From the NCBI GenBank assembly GCA_951406725.2, contig OX597831.1, positions 63,302,001-63,366,000 on the forward strand: a DNA stretch of 64,000 bases. Direction: 5' to 3'. Source of the DNA: Octopus vulgaris (lineage: Eukaryota). Shown here in pieces: positions 53,912-64,000 of this stretch. Within the stretch, counting starts at the first letter, position 1; the number at the start of each line of letters is the position of its first letter. Below the pieces are notes generated by a model. It did no database searches, had not been told where the DNA came from, and saw only the letters and a list, made by a program, of their open reading frames with translations. Both the position numbers and the translations under genes were made by a program.

Positions 53912-55792
53912 TAATTGGTGATGAATATTTACAACAATGTAATGAACCCACATACTGGCAGATTAACGCCTATCTATATGCACTGGCTACTATTGTAAAA
54001 CAGTACATGAATGGTATCCAAAAAGTAAACAAAACCGAAATAACAAAGAAAGTACCATCATGGGTTTTGAAGACAGAAAAAAATGATAACTGGTTTACGG
54101 AAGACCATCAGTCATGCAATGATGCTTACTGCATACAATCAAGCAAATCACTATACGTCCCACCAAAAGAAAGTAAAGGAGATAGAAATGATATTTGGCG
54201 ACAGGAAAAAGGGGACACTCATTTGCAAACTGATTACCATAAAGCAGAAGCTAAAAGCTGTCAGTGGAAAAACGGCTGTAATATTCTTTAGTGACACGTA
54301 TTTTGCTACAGGTGCCACTGTAAGATACATTTTCATCTACCCCTAGGTACCTGCAACTTACCTCGTTAGATACAGGGGAAACAGTCAAATCATTGACGGA
54401 GACGTTGTAGCTAGGACACTCAATAATGAAATCCGTCGGAAGGATAATCCCGAGGACAAAGAAATAAGAACCCACAATACGGTAGAAGCTATAGCCTCTC
54501 ATAATGAAAAGGAATACTGGTAGAATGTTCCAGTGAAGACGTCAATAAAATGTAAGCACAACAGACCTGATATAATGATTTGGGATGGAGAAGAGAAACT
54601 GAATACAGTTGTGAAAATTAGCTGCCCAGCGGATGTTAACATAAAGGTGAAGGTCAGGGAAAATGAGAACACCTATGCTGAACTATTGAGAAATCTACAG
54701 TTACTCTATCCAAATTACAAGTTCAGGTTTATTACCTCTAATCATTGGGTCTCTGGGATATGTAACACTGTCTAAATGCCAATCTTGAGAAATTAGGCTT
54801 CTCAAATCCAGAGAGGTGAAAGCTAAATCGAAGGCTACAGATCCAATCCATCACTAGAACCGTAAAAATCTGTGGAACATTCCAGAAGTTTATCATTTAA
54901 AATGTTTATGAGCATGTCTAGATATGTAACTCTATGCATGAGAATACATACATAGAACATACAAATCTGCTCATACATACATACATACATACATGCATAC
55001 ATAATGCATACATACATGCATACATACATACATGCATACATGCATACATACATGCATACATATATGCATACATACATACATGCATACATACATACATACA
55101 TGCATACACACATACATGCATACATACATACATACATGCATACATATATGCATAAATACATACATGCATACATACATACATGCATACATATATGCATACA
55201 TACATACATGCATACATACATGCATACATGCATACATACGTACATACATGCATACATACATGCATACATACATACATGCATACATACATGCATACATACA
55301 TGCATACATACATAAATGCATACATACATACATACATGCATACACACATACATGCATACATACATACATACATACATGCATGCATACATATATGCATAAA
55401 TACATACATGCATACATACATACATGCATACATATATTCATACATACATACATGCATACATACATGCATACATGCATACATACATACATACATGCATACA
55501 TACATGCATACATACATACATACATACATACATACATACATGCATACATACATGCATACATACATACATACGTACATACATACATACATACATGCATACA
55601 TACATGCATACATACATGCATACATACATGCATACATACATGCACATACATACATACGTACATACATACATACATACATACAAACAAAAATACCATGTTG
55701 ATGTTGAAATTCCAATGGAGGAACCTTGGAACTAGGTTAGAAACCGCTCTCTTTCTCTATTGACAAGAAATCTTGAAATAAACTTAATAATG
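53912..55792 (+). mobile_element. Rearranged R4/Dong-like (RLE) non-LTR retrotransposon associated with (CATA)n
   Basis: N-terminal PSW...LRKTIS...IKQKLKA; inverted RT piece RYLGVDEN...KEYYSR (minus strand, ~54271-54420); RLE HNRPDIMIWD...ISCPAD (54533-54900); 3'UTR with expanded (CATA)n. Confidence 0.8.
54973..55683. repeat. (CATA)/(CATG) compound microsatellite inside a LINE 3'UTR
   Basis: ~710 bp. Confidence 0.95.
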
Positions 55793-56422
55793 ACATACAC
55801 ACACATACATAGATACGTATACGCATAAAGTGTTAAGGGTGTAGATGTGTAGGTGTGGATATTTTGATACAGAGGTATTCATGTGAACTTTCGATGATAT
55901 AGTCGTTGTAAATTATGGGTGTGATACCGAATACGTCTATAAATTATGAGAGTAAATTATCACTTTCCTGTTTTACCCATACACACTACTTCACATACAC
56001 ACATAAATTCACACGCTCGAATACTATATGTATACTGTGTGACTACATGAAGGGAGCGATACGGAGAAAGAAACATGTGTTATAACACTAGTGATAGTCA
56101 GAAATATTTAGTAGAATTAACGAGTATACTTCTTTGTGCAAAGGTAAACAAGTGTTGCATGAAATAGAAAGAATTCAAATTTCAAAGTAATAATATATGC
56201 TTATATATAAATAACATAATAGAATGACAGGTGAGAATAAATCATTGTATATACCACAAAATAGACGTCCGTGTTTTATGTATTATCTCCAGTATTGGCA
56301 AATTACTCAGATTTATGCTCTGCGAACTCTCACAGTTTCTCCCTTCTCTTTGTCTCTATTCTCTCTTTCTCTCTGTATATATGCAATATAATGGTACCTA
56401 TATTTATATGTATGTGTGTGAT

Positions 56423-56646
56423 AAGGCGGCGAGCTGACAGTGACGTTAGCACGCCGGGCGAAACGCGTAGCCGTATTTCGTCTGTAGATGCATTCCGAGT
56501 TCAAATTCCGCCGAGGTCGACTTTGCCTTTCATCCTTTAGGGGTCGATTAATTAAGTACCAGTTACGCACTGGGATCGATGTAATCGACTTAATCCGTTT
56601 GTCTGTCCTTGTTTGTCCCCTCTGTGTTGTGGGTAGTAAAGAAATA
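56423..56646 (+). mobile_element. SINE family A young copy
   Basis: Full head to gtaaagaaata. Confidence 0.92.
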
Positions 56647-56771
56647 TATATAAGTATGTGTGTGTGCATGTCTTTTAACTTTTATCTTCGCCTTGTTTCA
56701 GTCATTAGACTGCAGCCGTGCTAGGGCACCGCTTTGAAGTTGTAATGGAAGGAATCGACCACAGCGCATAG

Positions 56772-57706
56772 AGCTTGAAAATCAGTGAAAAAGAGAACAC
56801 CAACACTGAGTTAGTGAGGAATCTAGTTACTCTATCCAGATTACAAGTTCAGTTTTATACCTGTAACTGCTGGGGTCTTGGGATATGTAACACACTGCCT
56901 AAATACCAATTTTGAGAAATTAGACTTCTCAAAACCAGGAAGAAGAAAACTAATTCGAAGACCTCGGATCCAATCAATCACTGGAACTGTAAAAATCAGT
57001 AAAACTTTCCAGAATGTTATCATTTAAATATATATGAACATGTCTAGATATACAACTATATGTATAAGAATAAATACATAAAGCAAAACCTACTAATCTG
57101 TACATATACGGACATACATACATGTAGGCATACATAAGTACATACATACATACATGCATACATACATACATGCATACATACATACATACATACATACATA
57201 CATACATACATACATGCATGCATACATACATACATACATACGTACATACATACATACATACATACATACATGCATACATACATACATACATACATACATA
57301 CATACATGCATACATGCATGCATACATACATGCATGCATACATACATACATACAAACATACATACATATATACATAATACATACATACATACATTCATAC
57401 ATACATACATACTTACATACATACATACATACATACATACTTACATACATACATGCATACATACATACATACATACATACATACATGCATACATACATAC
57501 ACACATACACGCATACATGCATACATATATACATGCATAATACATACATACATACATACATACATATATGCATGCATAGATATATACATACATATATACA
57601 TACATACATACATACATACATACATACATACATACATACATACATACATACATACATGCATACATACAAACTAAAATACCCTGTTGTTGATGTTGAAATT
57701 CCAGTG
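56772..57706 (+). mobile_element. Second R4/Dong-like LINE 3' end with (CATA)n expansion
   Basis: 56772-57100 is homologous to 54645-54972; resumes aaatacc...tgttgatgttgaaattcca after the repeat. Confidence 0.82.
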
Positions 57707-57817
57707 AACATACATAAATACATATATACATAAATACATACATACATGCACATAATGGATTCTCTTGTCACGAACGACAAATTAAGGTTTTGTAAATTTA
57801 AAGTGTTAATCATTATC

Positions 57818-58054
57818 TATGGACACGAATGTGTCTCTTGAGGCTTGCTGGTTCCATGCAAACTTTTGACAAATGTATAAAGATGAGGACTCAGTTTGCT
57901 CGAGTGCTTGTGGATCATTCACTGCGTCTTTTCATGAGTGGAGAGCAAGGCCTGCTTTGCTTCGCTTCACAAAGCCACAATGACAGGTAGGATTTCAATT
58001 TAGAAGAGCAGAACAGAAGGGCAGCGCTTTGCCAGCGTGCCTTCTTTCAATATG
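57818..58054 (-). mobile_element. Probable RTE-like LINE C-terminal zinc-finger relic
   Basis: CHCGFVKRSKAGLALH and ICQK...ASLKRHIRVHR across frameshifts. Confidence 0.55.
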
Positions 58055-58089
58055 TCTGCATACACACACATGGAGAAAGAGAGCTTTAT

Positions 58090-58179
<90 letters not shown>

Positions 58180-59311
58180 TCAAGCTAATTCTGGTGAAAA
58201 AGGAACACGTATAATCTTTGCTCCTTTTTGTTCCCCAAGCTGAATTAGAAAATGAAGGTGCTGTGACAAGGGTACTCGACAACTTCAATTTGGAGGACTT
58301 CTGTGGTGCCTTCACGATGAGTTGGAATGCAACAGGGGCACTGAAGTCACATGATTTCTAAATAAGTTTAGAGATTTGCACTTCTTTGAATTAGATAGAT
58401 GTATCCACTGAAAAAGTCTCAAAACTTCTAGAATGCACCGTGCATATCTAATATCTATGTTTCCGTCATCCATTGTAAAAGTAAATTTTCAGCAAAATTA
58501 TTGTCTTAATAAATATTGAATAGAAACACTTTTTCCCTTATTCTTGTTAAATTTTACTCCTCTTGCAATGTTTCGGGTTTCTCAATCCCATTTTATATTC
58601 TGCTATGACATTAATAAACTCCTACATATTTATAGTAGATGTAAACGCGTGTGTGCGTCAGCGCACAAATGCTCACGCACACACATATACGCAGCAATGT
58701 GTATAAATACATATATCATATATGTAGTAATATAACAGTATACATGTATATATCTACGTGTGTATGTAAGTATGTATATATATGTCTCTTCTATTTTTAT
58801 AAATCTTCCACTGAGAAGGGAGCCTGTTCTTAACAAATATACAAGGCTCCATCCTTGGGATGTCAATAACACAGACAAATTCTATGTATGTATGTATGAG
58901 TAATAGAAAAGGAACTCAAAATCCACAGGCTCGTCCTTAGTTTCCTTACCCAACAGTGTTCAAAAGTTCAAGTGATTCATATAATGCTTAAAATGCCAGT
59001 TAATGTATGAAATATGATGTTGCCAAAGATTATGTGTTTTCATTAAAACGGAAATGGACAACATCGTATAAGAATGAGACAAGCAAGGAAAGCTGCACTC
59101 AGATGATACAATCTTATGACTTTGGACTATTATTTGTCTATTGTATCCATTAGATGATTCATCCTATATGTAGATGTATGTATATACGTATACATGTGTG
59201 TGTATGTATGTATGTATTTATGTATTATGTGTGTCTGTCTGTATGTATGTAAGTATGTATGTATATGTGTATGTATATATGCATGTATGTATGTATATAT
59301 GTATGTATAGT

Positions 59312-59455
59312 CACAGGCAGGACTGTATGGTAAAAAGTTTGCTTCCTAACTGCTTAGTTCTGTGTTCAACTACAGCTTGGAAACTTTGGCAAGCGTCTTC
59401 TACTGTAGCCGACCACAGCCTTGTTAGTTAACTTGGTGGACGGAAATTAAAAGAA
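59312..59455 (+). mobile_element. Degraded SINE family B 5' half
   Basis: cacaggcaggactgtatggtaaaaag...ggtggacggaaattaaaagaa. Confidence 0.65.
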
Positions 59456-59480
59456 AAGATTTTATACGGGTATATATAAT

Positions 59481-59775
59481 TCAGGATCACAACATATAGG
59501 TACACTGCGACAGAATTTCTTCTCCTCAATAGGTCCTACCCTGTTTAACATTGTCCCAAAACTGTTCAAAGAGGAAAAGGATCATATCACCTTTAAACGG
59601 AGTCTGGACAGATTTCTTCAAGGAATACCAGATAAGCCACCCATACCTGGATACAACTCACTCAACAAGAACTCACTACTTGAATGGACCATAAACAAAA
59701 TTTGACTTAAAAAGGATTTAGATGATCCTATCATTTAGACATTACCTGGACTAATCCTTGGTCGAAACATATCTA
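59481..59775 (+). mobile_element. CR1-like LINE ORF2 C-terminus and 3'UTR
   Basis: TLRQNFFSSIGPTLFNIVP...FKRSLDRFLQGIPDKPPIPGY...NSLLEW then stop at ~59706. Confidence 0.8.
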
Positions 59776-59788
59776 AATTTTATCTAAG

Positions 59789-59854
<66 letters not shown>

Positions 59855-60279
59855 CTATGATGTATGTATGTATGTATATATATATACATATAAACCAATA
59901 TGTATGATAAACTTGTGCGCGTACGTTTGTAATAGCTTTTATTGGTCATGATGTTGAGTAAGGGTGAAGTAGGTGTTAGAGAGAGAGAGAGAGAGATGGA
60001 GAGAGAGAGGAGATGGAGAGAGAGAGGAGAGGGAGAGATGGAGAGAGAGAGAGAGAGAGCAGTAACATTCATCATATAATTGTGCGTACGTTTGTTAAAA
60101 TATGGAAGCCAACAAAATAATTTCATTATTAAATATTTCAAATACAAATATACATCAATGCAAAACTAGCGTATTTAGTTTTTCAGTAAACACTGATATA
60201 GACCGGAGAACTAAGATGCAAACATTGATCTTGGGCATGATTACATATATATAAATGTATGTATATATATGTATATATA

Positions 60280-60349
<70 letters not shown>

Positions 60350-60360
60350 GTATATATATG

Positions 60361-60413
<53 letters not shown>

Positions 60414-60473
60414 CAGAAATATTAAATTTCTAAATATCTCATAGAGATATGTACGGTGATGGGGCGATAGAAT

Positions 60474-60767
60474 GGTTGTATACTGTCAATTTAACGTGAC
60501 AGTAGGGGATTACACCACCGCTTTTTAGCCCTAGGAAGCATAGACGCCTCCTGATGGCTTCGACACATTTTTTCCTGTGTCCTTATATATTTACGAAGGG
60601 GAGACAGATACCCCCAGCAGCCAGGCCTGCATCTAGAGACACGCATGCTTCAGGATCTTTGCCCATCATCGGTCCATGCGTGTCCCTAAAGATCCTGAAA
60701 CATGTTTCCTAGAGCTAAACAGCGGTGGTGTAATCCCCTACTGTCACGTTAAATTGACAGTGTACAA

Positions 60768-60769
<2 letters not shown>
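60474..60769. repeat. Fold-back element (~68-bp arms) containing a scrambled hammerhead
   Basis: ggttgtatactgtcaatttaacgtgacagtaggggattacaccaccgct... and its inverted copy; nested inner inverted repeats at 60634-60710. Confidence 0.9.
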
Positions 60770-60820
<51 letters not shown>

Positions 60821-60866
60821 GTTTATGTATATATATGTATATATAGGATATATATCTATATATAGG

Positions 60867-61024
<158 letters not shown>

Positions 61025-61063
61025 TAAATATATATCTGTATATATGTATAAAATCTTTTCTTT

Positions 61064-61184
61064 TAATTTCCGTCTACCAAGTTAACTAACAAGGCTGTTG
61101 TCGACTACAGTCGACAACGCTTATCAAAGTTGCCAAGCTGTAGTTGAACACAGAACTAAGTGGTTGGGAAGCAAAATCTTTACC
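61064..61184 (-). mobile_element. Degraded SINE family B 5' half
   Basis: tttccgtctaccaa...aagtggttgggaagcaaa. Confidence 0.65.
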
Positions 61185-61213
61185 ATATATATGTGTGTGT
61201 GTGTGTGTGTGTG

Positions 61214-61267
<54 letters not shown>

Positions 61268-61520
61268 TGCATACATTCATACGTAAATACACTGGGTAAA
61301 GAAAATGCAGAAGGATCAGTTAATTATGATTTTATTCAACATATTTTCCTCGCAGATCACACAGCCATTGCAGCGGTCCTCAGTTTTTGTAAGCCCTGTA
61401 AAAGAACTCGGAGTGATGGGCATCTAAGCAGGCCTTTCGTGACACCCTTAAAGCCAGGAACTTTTCAGCACTCCCACATATATATCAATTTAATACACAA
61501 TCCAAAATGGTACTATTACA

Positions 61521-61599
<79 letters not shown>

Positions 61600-62661
61600 A
61601 CGTACACTAAATAGTGTTATGCATAAAAAGAACAATTTGTCAGCAAACGCAGCCCAATATGTATACGTAAAATCATTTCAAGAGAAACACTTTAGGGGAT
61701 AAATAACAATAGCAAAATGGCGACAGATAGCGTAATATAGCTATTCAAACTGTGAAATGTACTTTGATCTTCGCTAAAAACGCCAACAAGCGCCATTTAG
61801 CTAAGAGCCTCTGCAAGAACGAAATTGCGGATAGTAACCCGAAATTAGCAGTCATGCTTTATAATTTTCGTAAGTGCGAAATCCCGTAACCTGAGGTAGC
61901 TTTATACACATGCGCACACACACGTGCACACACACACATGCATATATATATATGCATATGTATGCATGCATGTATGTATCTATGTATGTGTTCATATGTA
62001 CGCTTGTATATATATATATAAACATACACAGGTACACTGCAATTGATACCTGATTCCATTGAATAAAAGCAAATATAGACCTCTTTGTTAAGGCCGTTAG
62101 TGAAACAGTTATTTACCGACACATATCCACATTCACACAAAAGCATACATATGCAGGTGCATACTTCCACAGATAAGCATATTTGCGCTCAGGTATCAAT
62201 TTATACATAAGAAACGACCTTGCTAATGTTTAGTATATTCAGTTGAAAGGGTCTTGTTTCACGGCTAGAAACAGGCTCTTTCCTTATTGGTGGGAAATTT
62301 AGATTGTAGTAGCTTCAAAACATACACATGTACACTCACACACGAAAACAGACAACCGCATGGAACACTGAGACACAAACACACGCACGTACATACACAC
62401 ACCTGCGCCTGCGACTAGAGGTAAGAATGGAGGGAAAGAATCAAATTGAAGATACTTTAGGCCAAGCATATCGGTAGGAGACCAAGAGAGATTACGAACG
62501 AAATGTTTGGATAATATCCATAGTCTCTAATGGTCAGGCATGAGAATCCAGCGGGGAAAGTCTAATGACAGTTGCTTCTGACACCCCACGGGGGGAGGGC
62601 CAGAAGGCTCAACCTGCATAATCCTCTCACGAATAATGGGAGATGATGGAAGGATGAATAC

Positions 62662-62692
<31 letters not shown>

Positions 62693-62782
62693 TGTATGTA
62701 TGTATGTATGTATGTATGTATAACTGCGACTAGGGTGTTCGACAACGCCTACATTGCTAGAAATAAAAGCTAAAACGCTCTA

Positions 62783-62925
62783 ATGTTGTAGGTAGGTAGG
62801 TAGGTAGGTAGGTAGCTATGTAGGTATGTAGGTAGGTAGGTAGGTAGGTAGGTAGGTATGTAGGTAGGTAGGTAGGTAGGTAGGTAGGTAGGTAGGTAGG
62901 TAGGTAGGTAGGTAGGTAGGTAGGT
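62783..62925. repeat. (TAGG)n microsatellite
   Basis: Tetranucleotide repeat. Confidence 0.95.
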
Positions 62926-64000
62926 AAAAATATAGATAGATAGTGACAAGTATTCAATTTTTCTTAAGTCTGTCCATACATTCAATGTCGACTATGAATT
63001 TGCAATCCTCTGCTGTTATTGGTAAAGGGATCTTGCTCAGAACATCTAACTGTTCAGTAAGCGTGTAAGTAGCTATGTATTTCATAAACAAAATTAATGC
63101 ATTGGCCGAAAAAGTGTCACTGTGTGGTAAATCTCAACCTCTCCGGCGAGTTTCTACAAAGTTTCAGTCGCAAGGCATGGGTCGACTTGAAATTATCGTA
63201 AAAGACACTCGGCTGATCTTATACGTTGTTGGGCTGGTCGTTCGACTTTGTGAATGGGAACAGTCTATCATACACAAACACACGCACAAACACACACACA
63301 CACGCGCATATGCATATATACAACTACGCGCACACACATAGATGTGCTCGTAAAAACAAACATACGTATACACGTTCACACACATCACACACCCACACAA
63401 TGCACACTTGCACACAAACACACAAACACATACACACATACATATAAATTTGTAGGTAATTCTACGCTAAAGTGCCAAATCCAATATTTAGTAAATTATA
63501 GCCCTCAGAGTTAGTGCCTGCGCGCGCACATGTGTGCGTGTTTGTGTGCGTGTGTCTGTGTGTTGTGTGTGAAAATATGTGCCAGTTCATAGTTAAATAA
63601 GCAGTTACATACATTGATATATGTGTATGTGAGTGTGTGTTGTGTGTGTATGTGAATTATATATATGTATGCGTATGTATATGTGCGTATGTATTTATGT
63701 GTACATATAATATAGGATGGTGTGATTGAATATCCGTGTTAGTCCCGGCATTTTCAGTTAAAACCAGTGCTGTTCCAGAAATACCATTCAATAAATAGAG
63801 ATCGATAATTTAACAAATTTTAGAAATATCTGGGATCGATATGATCGACCAAAATCCTTGAAGTGTGTTCACCAGCTTGTTCCCAGTCTAATTGGAGAAA
63901 ACTATTACAATTTATATAATTATCACTGTTGGAGCCAACAGCAAGAAATTTCCGCAAAAGGCTTAACTTTTCAGCTAATATTACAAGAGTAATAGTTTGT

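Overview
AT-rich animal genomic DNA, intronic or intergenic, with no recognisable host protein-coding exon. The SINE repertoire and the extreme (TA)n/(CATA)n/(AAT)n density suggest a cephalopod, probably Octopus (inference). Nearly all ORFs in the supplied track are microsatellite translation artefacts. The real coding relics are all transposon fragments: a Ty3/Gypsy gag-protease, CR1-like ORF1/APE and RT-tail pieces, a LINE ORF1-like 5' end nested in a SINE, two R4/Dong-like RLE LINE ends associated with (CATA)n, an RTE tail and a DD37D (maT) transposase. There are at least four tRNA-derived SINE families, including tandem multimers, and several MITEs. The most notable signal is non-coding: about 14 type I hammerhead-ribozyme motifs (CTGANGA ... 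GAAA ... TH). Six have an intact core and the rest are mutated fossils. They belong to several unrelated sequence families, have short (near-)palindromic stem III, mostly lie near (TA)n tracts, and often sit inside long fold-back hairpins or partial tandem repeats. This resembles Penelope-like/retrozyme architecture. All structures were read by eye and are not computed.
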